Positions 20,529 to 31,931 are shown, numbered from the stretch's first letter. The stretch is 64,000 nucleotides of DNA from Bdellovibrionota bacterium (GCA_050950765.1 JBMNIF010000002.1:1188139-1252138), one strand, 5' to 3'. The notes: generated by a model not told the origin, from the sequence alone. Numbers and translations: made by a program.

Positions 20529-21686
20529 TTATTTATACCCCAACGCTACTAATCCAGGGACACTTTTCCCTTCCATCATATCAAGGAAAACCTGCCCACC
20601 AGATGAAATATGATCAAATCTGTGATCAAACTCCATCGAACGGATAGCTTCTTCAGTTGCCACACCACCAGCTACCGTCAAGCCGTGCGCTGCCCCTAGT
20701 GATTGAATAAGGTTCGTTGTGCCGTGGGTGTAGTCTTCATTTTCAATAGTACCCATCGGACCGTTCCAAAGGATCGTTTCAGCATTTACGATCGCTTCTT
20801 CAAAAAGGATACTTGTAGCAGGCCCGATATCTAAGACCGTAGAATCCGCTGGAACCTCTTGCGCTGTAACACATCTAGCTATGCCGCGCGATTTGATAGA
20901 ATCACCGATCCGAAAATCGACAGGGAAGTAAACTTTACTATCACGTCTTGCCAAAGTTCCGATAAAACCCAAGATCTTCGGGAAAAGGTCTCTTTCAATT
21001 AGAGAACGTCCCATCTGTGCGCCTTGCGCAGCAAGAAAGGTATTTGCTAGAGCACCACCGACTAGAAGCTTATCTGCTTTTTGCGCCATATTATGTAAGA
21101 TCTCTATACGTGGAGCAGCTCTAGAGCCTCCAATTATTACGCAAAACGGACGCTTCGGATTGACAATTGATCTGTCATAATACTCAAGCTCGTTCTTTAA
21201 CAATAAACCGGCAACAGGGGTTTTGTTGATGGCAAAGACAGTAGTGGTTGACGCCGAAGGTTTAATTGCATCAGCAAAGGTATCGGAAACGTAGATATCA
21301 CCGAGTTGAAGCAACTCTTTGGCGAATGACGGATCGCAAGCAGCATCTTCAGAGTTAAGCGCTAAGTTCTCACACAATAGCACCTCGCCCATTTCAAGGT
21401 GCGCACTTTCTTGTTTGGCTTTAGCAAGTGAATCGGCGAATTTTATCTTTAACTCAAAGCGAGCGCTTAATTTATCAACGATGTTTTTTATAGATTTTTG
21501 AGAGGAGTTCGATGTCAACAAAATAATTGCAGCTTGATGCTCCTTTAAGTACTGCAAGCTAGGCGCAATTCGGCGATACAATCCTATAAGATTTAAAACT
21601 TCACCGTTTTCATTTAATGGTAATTCTGCATCAAAGCGTAGGACGACTTTTTTACCCGTTACATCAATCTCATCGAGAAATTTCAT
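20529..21686 (-). CDS. Phosphoglycerate-kinase-like protein with degenerate active site
   Basis: PGK fold motifs KKVVLRFD, GEVLLCENL, AGLLLKNEL, PKRPFCVIIGG, GGALANTFLAAQG, DIGP, ILWNGPMG; substrate-binding basic residues missing. Confidence 0.85.
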   Translation of the reverse strand: MKFLDEIDVTGKKVVLRFDAELPLNENGEVLNLIGLYRRIAPSLQYLKEHQAAIILLTSNSSQKSIKNIVDKLSARFELKIKFADSLAKAKQESAHLEMGEVLLCENLALNSEDAACDPSFAKELLQLGDIYVSDTFADAIKPSASTTTVFAINKTPVAGLLLKNELEYYDRSIVNPKRPFCVIIGGSRAAPRIEILHNMAQKADKLLVGGALANTFLAAQGAQMGRSLIERDLFPKILGFIGTLARRDSKVYFPVDFRIGDSIKSRGIARCVTAQEVPADSTVLDIGPATSILFEEAIVNAETILWNGPMGTIENEDYTHGTTNLIQSLGAAHGLTVAGGVATEEAIRSMEFDHRFDHISSGGQVFLDMMEGKSVPGLVALGYK

Positions 21687-21893
21687 ATCTTACAAACCCT
21701 CTTATTACCCCGTGCGACGATACTAAGCTTTAATGTTTTTTGCAAAGTACAAAAAGAGCGGCGTCCTTAGGAAGAAAATTTTTTAACAAAGTAAAAAATT
21801 GTGACAGTTGCTCATTTTTTATTTTCGTTTTACCGTCCTAGTTTGGAAATTATCACAACGCTTAATTTGTAATTTTATCAATTTTGAGGAATC

Positions 21894-22181
21894 GTGAAAA
21901 ACATTTTATTGGTGGTCATAATATTTTTGTTTGCAGGGTGTGCGGCGCAAAACGTAGAGATATCTTCATTTAATAATTACAATGATTATCCTCGTTATAA
22001 ACAGAGCCAACACTTCTTCTTCTTTGGAGTTGGGCAATACTCTTCAGTTAATGCCCTTCAGATCTGTGGAGGTCGTAGCGTTTCTATGGTGAGGACTGAA
22101 TATGAACCGACAGATCTCCTTTTTGCCATCTTGACGGCTGGAATTTATACCCCAAGGACAGTAAGTATATATTGCAAATAA
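21894..22181 (+). CDS. Bor/Iss-family lipoprotein
   Basis: Signal peptide with lipobox FAGC; HFFFFGVGQ...VNALQICGG...TAGIYTPRTVSIYC matches the Bor pattern; GAGGA RBS. Confidence 0.85.
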   Translation: MKNILLVVIIFLFAGCAAQNVEISSFNNYNDYPRYKQSQHFFFFGVGQYSSVNALQICGGRSVSMVRTEYEPTDLLFAILTAGIYTPRTVSIYCK

Positions 22182-22371
22182 GTGCAGACAATTTTATAAC
22201 TTCGTTTATTTGTTGCTAATTTTTGCAATTACTGTTTGCGATAAAAACGTGCAGATCTATATTCTGCCCCTGTGATGGTACGTTGGACATTTAGTTGTTC
22301 TGTTTATAAAAACAGTGTGTTAAATGTCGGGGATTGTTATTGTTGAAGGACTTTTGTAAGTATAAACAGTT

Positions 22372-23229
22372 ATGAGTTGGTTTCTAAGAGAAAAAGCACC
22401 TAAACCTTTAGTGGAGTCAAGTGATAAGCTGGTGATTCCTGATGATATTTGGACTAAATGCCCTGAGTGTGAAGCTGTATTATACACAAAGGAGCTGAAG
22501 CGCGCCTACGGCGTTTGTCAAAAATGCGGCTATCACTTTCGCTTAAAAGCACGTGAACGTATCCCTCTTTTAGTTGATAGACACTCTTTCGAAGAGATTG
22601 ATGCTACTTTAAGTGGTGTCGATGTCCTTAATTTCCGAGATACAAAAAGATATAAGGAACGTCTTAGGAAAGCCGAAAAAACTACGGGAAGCATGGAAGC
22701 AGTTATCTGCGGACGTGCCAAAATTAAAGAGATCCCTGTGATGTTGGGAGTTTTCGAATTCGGTTTTATCGGTGGCAGCATGGGCTCTGTCGTCGGAGAA
22801 AAATTAACACGCTTGATTGAAAGAGGTATAGCGGAAGATCGTGCGGTGATAATCGTCTCCGCTTCCGGTGGTGCCAGAATGCAGGAAGGGATGTATTCTT
22901 TAATGCAGATGGCGAAAGTTAGCGCTGCATTAGCCAGATTAGCTCGAAACCGTATTCCGTATATCTCTGTACTAACGCACCCAACTACGGGGGGTGTGGC
23001 TGCTTCTTTTGGAACATTGGGAGATGTTATTATTGCGGAGCCGAAAGCTGTCATAGGTTTTGCTGGCGCTCGTGTAATTGAACGAACCATCAAACAAAAG
23101 TTACCTGAGGGATTTCAACGTTCTGAATTTCTGTTAGAGCATGGGTTTTTGGATAGGATCGTGCAACGTGCTGATATGCGGGATGAGATAGGGTTGATAC
23201 TTGAAAACTTTGGACGAACGGTGTGTTAA
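22372..23229 (+). CDS. accD: Acetyl-CoA carboxylase carboxyltransferase beta subunit
   Basis: WTKCPEC...CQKCGYH zinc finger, GGSMGSVVGEK, SASGGARMQEG, PTTGGVAAS, LPEGFQRSEFLLEHG. Confidence 0.97.
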   Translation: MSWFLREKAPKPLVESSDKLVIPDDIWTKCPECEAVLYTKELKRAYGVCQKCGYHFRLKARERIPLLVDRHSFEEIDATLSGVDVLNFRDTKRYKERLRKAEKTTGSMEAVICGRAKIKEIPVMLGVFEFGFIGGSMGSVVGEKLTRLIERGIAEDRAVIIVSASGGARMQEGMYSLMQMAKVSAALARLARNRIPYISVLTHPTTGGVAASFGTLGDVIIAEPKAVIGFAGARVIERTIKQKLPEGFQRSEFLLEHGFLDRIVQRADMRDEIGLILENFGRTVC

Positions 23230-25733
23230 ACGTGATCAAACTACGCAATTATCATAACTTGTTTTTAATCATATTTAAAAATGTCATACCGCTTTTGTTA
23301 TGTATGATCCTCTCAGCACATTTTATGGAGGCAGTGGCGCAAACTGAAAAGGTAGAGCTGTTCTCTGATGATTTAAAGGAAGTCCAAGAAGGGAAAAAAA
23401 AGAGGCTAGCTGAGATCTTAAAAACAAGCGCCCCCACTGATAATAATTTAAAGTTTGATGCGCCCAACCTTGAATACGACAAAGAAACTCAAAAGATAAA
23501 AGGTGATGGTGGTGTCGTTATCTCCTATCAAGGTTTTACCGTTCAAGCAGATGAGGGATCGGTAGAGACTGAAACGAAAAATGCCGAATTAAAAGGCAAT
23601 GTATTCATGGCGTGGCCGGATGGCGATATCGGGTGTGATTCTGCCAATCTAAATTTAGAGTCAGAGACAGGTGTTTTTTACAACAGTAATGCTATCTGGG
23701 AAGACGGACAATATAAGATAGCGGCGGAGAAAATTAACAAAGTTTCCGAGTTTGATTATCGTTTTGACAACTCTTCTCTTACAACGTGCCACTGTGCTGA
23801 CAACTCTTGCCCGTGGAGTATTAAAAGCAATCGACTTGATGCTAGACAGGAAGGTTATGGTGTGGCACGTGGTACTTGGTTCGAGATGTACGGAGTGCCG
23901 GTCTTTTATATGCCGTACATGATTTTTCCAGTAAAGGCAGAAAGACAGAGTGGATTACTTGCGCCACGTTATGGTTACAGTAGTGAAGACGGCGTTTCAT
24001 ATTGGCAGCCGATCTTTGCCGTAATTGATGATCAGACAGATCTTTTACTGGAACCTTTTATTGAAGCAAAAACAAGACGCGGCACAGGAGTTGAGTTTAG
24101 AAAAGTCTTTTCGCAACGTAGCAATCTGACGACAAAGTTTTTATATTCTGACGAATCTCCACGTGACGGAGATCTAAGAGGCGTGATTACTGATGGAATG
24201 TATGATCCCACTTTTGATGAGGATCGTTACGGTGTTTATGTAAATCAATCTTGGAGGTCTGAGCAGGATGCTGAAGTTCCTCTTAGTTTAGTCACAGACG
24301 TTCATTACGTCAGTGATGATCTTTTTTTAAGAGAGATGGATGATTCCGTCTTCGGTCTTTACAATCAAAGATACGCCACATCGACCATGCTTGGTACGGC
24401 TTCCTTTGGTGATTATCTAACGACCTCTATCGGCGGAGAGTATAATCAGGCGCTGTTTTACGATAATGATGATTTAATCTTTCAACGCTTGCCGGAGGTC
24501 ACGTTATCTACTAAACGTAATTTCAGACCGTTCGGATATACCCCTTACGGTTTAAAGTTACAGACTGCTGCTGATTTTACCTACACGGAGTTTAGCCGTG
24601 ATCTAGGCTATGACGGAAGTAGGTTTGATCTAAATCCAACCTTAAAAATGCCGTATCACTATAAGAACTATCTGAATGGTGAGTTCGGAGTCGGATTGCA
24701 CTACACGAGTTATCTGATGCGAGAAGATATGTTTCCAGATGATAGTGGTGTCGTGCTTGATGATGGTGACCGTGCAGTGCCCAATTTTACCTACACCCTT
24801 TCAACCGGCATTGAACGGGTCTATGACGTTGATTCTGATAGCCCTTTGGCGTGGTTAACATCGCTTGGCTATACCAATCGAGATAGAAAATTACGTCGTG
24901 TTAAGCACGTTATTGAACCAGTTTTCGGCTACCAATATATTCCTGATGTTGAGCAAGATGATCTACCCCTTTATGATTCATTAGATAGAATTCGACATAA
25001 AAGCTTATTTCTTTATGGTGTAAAAACCTCCTTAGTGGGGCGTTATTTGCCGGACAATGTTGCAGGTGAGGACGTTCCAGAGTTAACCCCCGAGATTGAA
25101 GATCTGCCAACCATAGATAGCGAAACGGCCTTTTCTGAATTGGATATGCCGCGGCAGTTCGATAGAAGGACCTCACGCACGCGTGTGCGTCCAGGAGAGG
25201 TAAGAGAGGTGATGTCTTTTTTCATTAGACAAACGTATGATTATGTCAAGGAGTCTGATGATGACGAAACGACGGAGCCTTTTTCTGATATCGGGATGAC
25301 GTTCACCTTTGATCCGACACCGAGTATCGGCTTCTCTACAACGGGGAACTACGATTATGAGAGCTCTAATTTTTCCTCATGGGATTTTAGCACAAAGTTT
25401 TTTGACGATAGGAAAGATGCCATAAGACTTGGCTATACATACATAGATGAAGGCACAGAGGTGAGCCAACTTACAGCGGGGCTTGAAGTGACTTTAACGG
25501 ATCTCTTTCGTGCGGGGTATTATACCCGTTTTGATGAGGAAGCTAGTGAGTTTTTAGAAAATATGGCGGCGATTCGCTATACCAATCCGTGCAATTGTTG
25601 GCATCTTGATCTCGGGTATAGAGACAGGTTGAATCCAGATAAAACGGAGATAATGTTGACCTTGACCTTTAGAGGGCTGGGAGAGATCGCTCAAAGGTTT
25701 GGTGTCGGTAGCGAAGGAACAGGGAGTTTTTAA
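23223..25733 (+). CDS. lptD: LPS assembly outer-membrane protein LptD (start uncertain)
   Basis: OstA-like N-domain, TTC...PWSI, GVPVFYMPY, RQSGLLAP, QRLPE, HVIEP, CNCW near the C-terminus, beta-barrel composition. Confidence 0.88.
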   Translation: MLNVIKLRNYHNLFLIIFKNVIPLLLCMILSAHFMEAVAQTEKVELFSDDLKEVQEGKKKRLAEILKTSAPTDNNLKFDAPNLEYDKETQKIKGDGGVVISYQGFTVQADEGSVETETKNAELKGNVFMAWPDGDIGCDSANLNLESETGVFYNSNAIWEDGQYKIAAEKINKVSEFDYRFDNSSLTTCHCADNSCPWSIKSNRLDARQEGYGVARGTWFEMYGVPVFYMPYMIFPVKAERQSGLLAPRYGYSSEDGVSYWQPIFAVIDDQTDLLLEPFIEAKTRRGTGVEFRKVFSQRSNLTTKFLYSDESPRDGDLRGVITDGMYDPTFDEDRYGVYVNQSWRSEQDAEVPLSLVTDVHYVSDDLFLREMDDSVFGLYNQRYATSTMLGTASFGDYLTTSIGGEYNQALFYDNDDLIFQRLPEVTLSTKRNFRPFGYTPYGLKLQTAADFTYTEFSRDLGYDGSRFDLNPTLKMPYHYKNYLNGEFGVGLHYTSYLMREDMFPDDSGVVLDDGDRAVPNFTYTLSTGIERVYDVDSDSPLAWLTSLGYTNRDRKLRRVKHVIEPVFGYQYIPDVEQDDLPLYDSLDRIRHKSLFLYGVKTSLVGRYLPDNVAGEDVPELTPEIEDLPTIDSETAFSELDMPRQFDRRTSRTRVRPGEVREVMSFFIRQTYDYVKESDDDETTEPFSDIGMTFTFDPTPSIGFSTTGNYDYESSNFSSWDFSTKFFDDRKDAIRLGYTYIDEGTEVSQLTAGLEVTLTDLFRAGYYTRFDEEASEFLENMAAIRYTNPCNCWHLDLGYRDRLNPDKTEIMLTLTFRGLGEIAQRFGVGSEGTGSF

Positions 25734-25756
25734 GTATAAATTAGGGAGATTAAAAG

Positions 25757-26776
25757 ATGAAGGTATTAGTTACGGGCGGAGCTGGTTTTATCGGATCTAA
25801 TTTAGTTCATTTTTTATTGGATGAACGTCCAGAATGGAAAGTTTATGCGTTAGATGCCTTAACGTATGCTGGTAATCTTGAGAATCTTGAGAAGTGCCGT
25901 AGCAATTATAACTTCTCATTTAGGAAACTTGATATCACTAATGAAGAAGATGTTAATGAGTTTTTTGAAGAGAAAAAATTTGATCTTGTTTTTCATTTAG
26001 CAGCGGAGTCTCATGTAGATAGATCAAATTACAGTGCGTTGCCGTTTGTTAATACAAATGTTTTAGGAACGGTTAATCTTTTAAATGCTACTATCGCTAA
26101 TAAAGTTTCCCGTTTTGTACATATATCAACTGATGAGGTTTACGGATCATTAGGACCGAGCGGATCTTTTTTTGAAACAACACCGATAAATCCGACAAAT
26201 CCGTATGCTGCCAGTAAGGCAGGATCTGATCTGATGGTGCTATCTTATGTTAAGACGCATAAGCTTGATGCCGTGATCACCAGATGTACCAACAACTACG
26301 GTCCGTTCCAGTTTCCAGAAAAATTTATCCCGTTGTTTGTGACCAATGCTTTGGAAGATAAAAAATTACCCCTTTATGGTGATGGGATGAATGTTAGGAG
26401 TTGGATTCATGTGCTCGATCACTGCCGTGCTCTTTTATGCATTGCAGAGAAGGGTCGCGCTGGTGAGGTTTATAATGTTGGTGGTTTTAAAGATGGCGAG
26501 AAGCCTAATCGTGATGTTGCCATTAAGATTTTAGAGATCCTCTCCAAGCCAGAAAGTTTGTTGCATTTTGTGGCGGATAGACCAGCGCATGATAGACGTT
26601 ATTCTGTTGATAGCACGAAGCTACGAACTGAATTGGGGTGGGAGCCGATCGTGCCTATGGAGCAGGGCTTGGTCGATACTGTGGAATGGTATGTGAATAA
26701 CAAAGAGTGGTGGCAAAAGATAAAGAGTGGGGAGTATCTAGATTTCTACGATATGCATTACGGCAAAGAAGAATAG
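25757..26776 (+). CDS. rmlB: dTDP-glucose 4,6-dehydratase
   Basis: VTGGAGFIGSN, DALTYAGN, HLAAESHVDRS, HISTDEVYG, PYAASKA, NNYGPFQFPEK, DRPAHDRRY. Confidence 0.97.
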   Translation: MKVLVTGGAGFIGSNLVHFLLDERPEWKVYALDALTYAGNLENLEKCRSNYNFSFRKLDITNEEDVNEFFEEKKFDLVFHLAAESHVDRSNYSALPFVNTNVLGTVNLLNATIANKVSRFVHISTDEVYGSLGPSGSFFETTPINPTNPYAASKAGSDLMVLSYVKTHKLDAVITRCTNNYGPFQFPEKFIPLFVTNALEDKKLPLYGDGMNVRSWIHVLDHCRALLCIAEKGRAGEVYNVGGFKDGEKPNRDVAIKILEILSKPESLLHFVADRPAHDRRYSVDSTKLRTELGWEPIVPMEQGLVDTVEWYVNNKEWWQKIKSGEYLDFYDMHYGKEE

Positions 26777-26844
26777 GGCAGGGCTAGAGGTAGCTTGAAG
26801 ATTAGCGAGATAGTGTATTTAAAAGTGCAATTGGTGTGGAAAAA

Positions 26845-27711
26845 ATGAAGACTTTAATTTTTGGTGGTAATGGTCAATTAGGAAAAGAATTAACAGCTCT
26901 TGCTGCCGTGCGTGGGATTACTGCTGTGGTAGCAGATCTGCCAGAGGTAAATATCTGTGAACCTCTCTCTATTGAAAAAGCCGTAGCCGCCGCTGCTCCT
27001 GATGTTATTATCAATGCAGCAGCTTATACAGCGGTTGATAAAGCGGAATCTGAAAGAGATCTTGCTTATAAAGTTAATGCAGAGGGCGCTATTAATTTAG
27101 CTCTAGCTGCAAAAAAAGCGGGGTGTCGTTTTTTGCATGTATCGACAGATTATGTTTTCGGAGATGGTTTCGATAAACCTATAACAGAGGATGCTGCTAC
27201 AAACCCACTTAATGTTTATGGTGCATCAAAACTGGAGGGGGAGCGTGGTATCTTAGCGGAGTATGCGGAGGGCACTTTAATAGTCAGAACAGCTTCGCTG
27301 CACGGTCAATACGGTCATAACTTTGTGCATACCATGCTTAGGCTTTTTAAGGAACGTGAACAGGTTTCCGTAGTTACGGATCAGGTCATGTCTCCGACTT
27401 GGGCTGGCTGGTTAGCAAAAGCCCTTTTGGAATTAGCTCAACAAGATTGTCTTGGGGTTGTGCACGCTTCCTGCGGAGAAGCCGTGTCGTGGTTTGATTT
27501 CGCTCAGGCGATCTTAGAGTATTCTCAAGTTAAATCACCAAGCAAAGTTAAACTTCTTCCCATTTTGGCGGCTGATTATCCCTCTGCGGCGAAGAGGGCT
27601 TCCTATTCGGTATTGGATGTAACAAAGTTGCGCGGCTTAACTTCTGATGATTTTGTAATCGGGTGGCGAGAAGGATTAAAATCACACTTAAAAAATTTAG
27701 GTGAATGTTAA
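26845..27711 (+). CDS. rmlD: dTDP-4-dehydrorhamnose reductase
   Basis: GGNGQLG, INAAAYTAVDKAE, HVSTDYVF, PLNVYGASKLEGE, DQVMSPT. Confidence 0.95.
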   Translation: MKTLIFGGNGQLGKELTALAAVRGITAVVADLPEVNICEPLSIEKAVAAAAPDVIINAAAYTAVDKAESERDLAYKVNAEGAINLALAAKKAGCRFLHVSTDYVFGDGFDKPITEDAATNPLNVYGASKLEGERGILAEYAEGTLIVRTASLHGQYGHNFVHTMLRLFKEREQVSVVTDQVMSPTWAGWLAKALLELAQQDCLGVVHASCGEAVSWFDFAQAILEYSQVKSPSKVKLLPILAADYPSAAKRASYSVLDVTKLRGLTSDDFVIGWREGLKSHLKNLGEC

Positions 27712-27755
27712 AGATTGCATCAAAGTATTTCGAAGGATCGAGTGCAAATTAAGTT

Positions 27756-28838
27756 ATGGAACGTGAACTAGATGTTGTTATTATGGCTGGAGGTCAGAGC
27801 ACCCGTTTTTGGCCCGTAGCCAGACGCGCTGCCCCGAAACATTTTCTAGCGATGGATGCAAAGTTGCAAAGTTTCGTTGTTGCAACTGTTAATAGAGCGA
27901 AAAAGCTTACAGATAAGTCAAATATCTTAATTGTCGGTCATGCAGTGCAAACCGATTTAATGCGACAACACGTACCAGATATAAAATTTTTAGGAGAGCC
28001 GAAGTCTTGTAATACCGCAGCTGCCTTGGGGCTTTCTGCATTACATATACGAAGAAAAAATAGAGATGCTGTAATGGTGGCTTTACCGGCAGACCATGCA
28101 GTTTTGGATGAGGAGCGTTTTAGAAAGACGATCATTGATGGTGTTAGAATGGCGCTCTCTTATGATGTATTAGTTACAATAGGCATTATTCCGACCTTTC
28201 CGCATACTGATTACGGTTATATTCGTAGAGGAGATCGGATCGGGGATGAGTGTTGTACGCGTGGTGCTTATATGGTGAGTCGTTTTTTTGAAAAGCCTAG
28301 CTTACAACGTGCTCGACTTTATTTTGGATCAGATGAATTTTATTGGAATAGCGGCATGTTTATTTGGCGTCCCGATGTTTTGTTGGATGCGATTAAAGAG
28401 TATATGCCGGATCTTTATAGTGGTTTGATGAAAATTGATCAGGCGCTTGATACTCCGCAGGAGGCACAAATCTTGGAGGAGGTTTATGCTACTTTGCCCG
28501 TTACTTCTATAGATTTCGGTGTGATGGAGCATGCTAAAAATTGTGTTGTAGTGGATGCTGAACCGTTTGGTTGGGATGATGTTGGTGCTTGGGATGCTTG
28601 GGCAGAGCATTTTGAAAGTGATGAAGATGGCAACACAGCCTTAGGCGATGTGATGTTTATGGATAGTAGTGGTTGTATTGTGCATTCTGAAAAGAGTTTT
28701 GTAGCTGTTAACGGCGTAGATGATTTAGTGGTGATTAACACCTCGGATGCTTTATTAGTATGTCAGCGTGAAAAACTTTCTGATATAAAAAAAATCGCAA
28801 GCGAGTTACGACGACGCGGCAAAACGGAACTTCTTTAA
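27756..28838 (+). CDS. manC: Mannose-1-phosphate guanylyltransferase
   Basis: VIMAGGQSTRFWP, PKHF, NTAAA, LPADH, YGYI, FFEKP, WNSGMF, SIDFGVME, WDDVGAW. Confidence 0.92.
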   Translation: MERELDVVIMAGGQSTRFWPVARRAAPKHFLAMDAKLQSFVVATVNRAKKLTDKSNILIVGHAVQTDLMRQHVPDIKFLGEPKSCNTAAALGLSALHIRRKNRDAVMVALPADHAVLDEERFRKTIIDGVRMALSYDVLVTIGIIPTFPHTDYGYIRRGDRIGDECCTRGAYMVSRFFEKPSLQRARLYFGSDEFYWNSGMFIWRPDVLLDAIKEYMPDLYSGLMKIDQALDTPQEAQILEEVYATLPVTSIDFGVMEHAKNCVVVDAEPFGWDDVGAWDAWAEHFESDEDGNTALGDVMFMDSSGCIVHSEKSFVAVNGVDDLVVINTSDALLVCQREKLSDIKKIASELRRRGKTELL

Positions 28839-29169
28839 TAAAAGGTGTTATAAAGAAGGGTATAACCTTCTCGGTGATTTTTTCTCTAAGGTAGCTATTT
28901 TTCCTCCCCTCTTTTTAGGTCTGCTCTGTCCTTAACGGACTGATGCTTTAATCTATCTGTGGAGGAGGTGGGTTTTTTACAATATTGTTTTGATAGTGTT
29001 TGGATAATTTGTAGGTAGTGGGAAACCTAGAATCAGGGCGGTTTTCTTCCTAATCTGGATGATGTTTAAAAGGAGGGGGATTTTACGCGGCTTTTAACGC
29101 TCTTTTTAAAGATTTTGCAAAAAGCTTGAACCTTATTCTTATTTTTATTATGCTGCTGCGGCATTCTGA

Positions 29170-30174
<1,005 letters not shown>

Positions 30175-30266
30175 TGCAGATCAACAGTGTCTATTTTTAG
30201 CTGCGAAGACTATTGATGTTTATTCTGCTTGGTTTGAAAAAACGTGAATAGTGGAAGGGGTGTCTT

Positions 30267-31205
30267 ATGAGAGCACTGGTTACGGGAGCGACGGGTTTCG
30301 TTGGAGATCATCTCGTGCGTCACTTAGTAGAGAGTGGCGATGAGGTTGTCGGTACCTATATCCCAGCTGCAGGGCTACCTCCTTTTGAAAAAGTTGCAGG
30401 GTGTGAATATCTGAAGTGTGATGTAACAGAGGCTAGCACGGTGACCTCCATAGTCTCACGTTTTCGACCTGACGCTGTTTATCACTTAGCTGCGATCGCT
30501 TTTGTGCCGGAAGCTGAAGATGATTTTAACCGCACCCTTGCTATCAATGTAGGCGGGGTAAACAATGTAGTCAGGGCGTGTCACTTAGCGCAGCTAGGGT
30601 CGGCACTCCTTTTTATCAGCTCTGCGGAAGTTTACGGGCGTACGGTAGCAAAGAACTTACCACTAACGGAAGAAACTCCGATCAATCCGGCTAATAATTA
30701 CAGTTTATCAAAAGCTATGGGCGAACTGGTTGTGCACCGTTATGCGCAGTTCGGTTATGTTAGAGGGATTATTGCACGTCCGTTTAATCATATCGGCCCA
30801 AAGCAAAATGATCGCTTTGTAGTATCAAGTTTTGCGAGGCAGTTGGCGCGTATTGCCAAAGGTGATGTGGAGCCGATTATTAGGGTAGGGAACTTGACTG
30901 CGCAAAGGGATTTTAGTGATGTTCGCGATATCGTACGAGCCTACCGACTAGCTGTTTTAAACGGTTCAGGCGTTTTTAATCTATGTTCAGGGCAAGCCGT
31001 TCCAATCAGTCAGATCCTTGAAGACTTGATAGAGATCTCAGGGGTTGAAGTAAAAGTTGAACAAGACCCAGCGCGGATGCGCGCTTCTGAAACACCTATC
31101 CTGTACGGTAGCTACGCTAAAGCTGAACGGGAGTTAGGGTGGCGACCGCAGATCGATTTAAAAGAGAGCCTACGCGATGTTTACAATATGTGGCTTGCTG
31201 CTTAA
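30267..31205 (+). CDS. rmd: GDP-4-keto-6-deoxy-D-mannose reductase (Rmd-like)
   Basis: LVTGATGFVG, YHLAAIAFVP, ISSAEVYG, YSLSK, RPFNHIGP.Q, VGNL...RDFSDVRD; directly downstream of gmd. Confidence 0.8.
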   Translation: MRALVTGATGFVGDHLVRHLVESGDEVVGTYIPAAGLPPFEKVAGCEYLKCDVTEASTVTSIVSRFRPDAVYHLAAIAFVPEAEDDFNRTLAINVGGVNNVVRACHLAQLGSALLFISSAEVYGRTVAKNLPLTEETPINPANNYSLSKAMGELVVHRYAQFGYVRGIIARPFNHIGPKQNDRFVVSSFARQLARIAKGDVEPIIRVGNLTAQRDFSDVRDIVRAYRLAVLNGSGVFNLCSGQAVPISQILEDLIEISGVEVKVEQDPARMRASETPILYGSYAKAERELGWRPQIDLKESLRDVYNMWLAA

Positions 31206-31315
31206 ATAAGTCATTTTTACAGGTGTTCAGCTAGAGCTTAACTGAGCAGGGTGACCGAAGATCAAACTAGGGTGAATAAAAACTACTAAAAAAGAGATTG
31301 GAGCTGCTTGGTTAG

Positions 31316-31861
31316 ATGGATAAAGATTGCAATTTGAATTCACTTCTAAATATCCTCAATTCTTCTGTTCAGGAGCTTTATAAAAAGGATAAAGATTTGT
31401 TACTGAGAGATGAAACCCCCCGTGAGGGGATGGAACGCTCTTGTGCTTTTAGGATCGGGCATTACTTATGTAATAATTTAATTAAAAACAAAACACGAAA
31501 AAAAAGATTTGGTAAATATCACGTTGATATGGAATATAATAAAAAAGGTGATCAGCCGAAGAGTATAAAAGATATAAGAAGGCGACCAGATTTAATAGTT
31601 CATAGAAGATCTGTTGATGATGATAATTTGCTTGTTGTAGAATTTAAGCATAGCTTAAAACGTACAACCTCTAGATACAAAGCTCAAATATTTAAAGATA
31701 AAGACAAACTCAAAGGTTTTACCTGTGAAAGTGGAGAGTATAAATATAAGTTGGGGGTCTTGGTGGAAGTTGGTGCTTTTAAAGCTGATTGTACCTATTT
31801 TTACCGCGGAGAAGAAGTTACAAAAAAAGAGTTGAAGGAAATATGCAGAACTGGTGTCTAG
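31316..31861 (+). CDS. Hypothetical PD-(D/E)xK nuclease-fold protein
   Basis: E-x-S helix (MERSCAFR), VDMEYN, RPDLIVHRR...LLVVEFK, D..KL; visibly more AT-rich than the upstream operon. Confidence 0.7.
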   Translation: MDKDCNLNSLLNILNSSVQELYKKDKDLLLRDETPREGMERSCAFRIGHYLCNNLIKNKTRKKRFGKYHVDMEYNKKGDQPKSIKDIRRRPDLIVHRRSVDDDNLLVVEFKHSLKRTTSRYKAQIFKDKDKLKGFTCESGEYKYKLGVLVEVGAFKADCTYFYRGEEVTKKELKEICRTGV

Positions 31862-31931
31862 CCAACCAAACGGGTGGCAGAGAGGAAGGGCGGTATCACA
31901 GCTTAGGAAAGGAGGTCTTTACTCTGCTAAT

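Noticed and set aside
18206..20725. Diversity-generating retroelement (template/variable repeat) acting on the pgk-like C-terminus
   Set aside because: Differences include indels and are not adenine-specific on either strand; no reverse transcriptase in the window
21894..22181. Prophage remnant suggested by the Bor-like gene
   Set aside because: Flanked by housekeeping-type genes, with no phage structural, lysis or integrase genes
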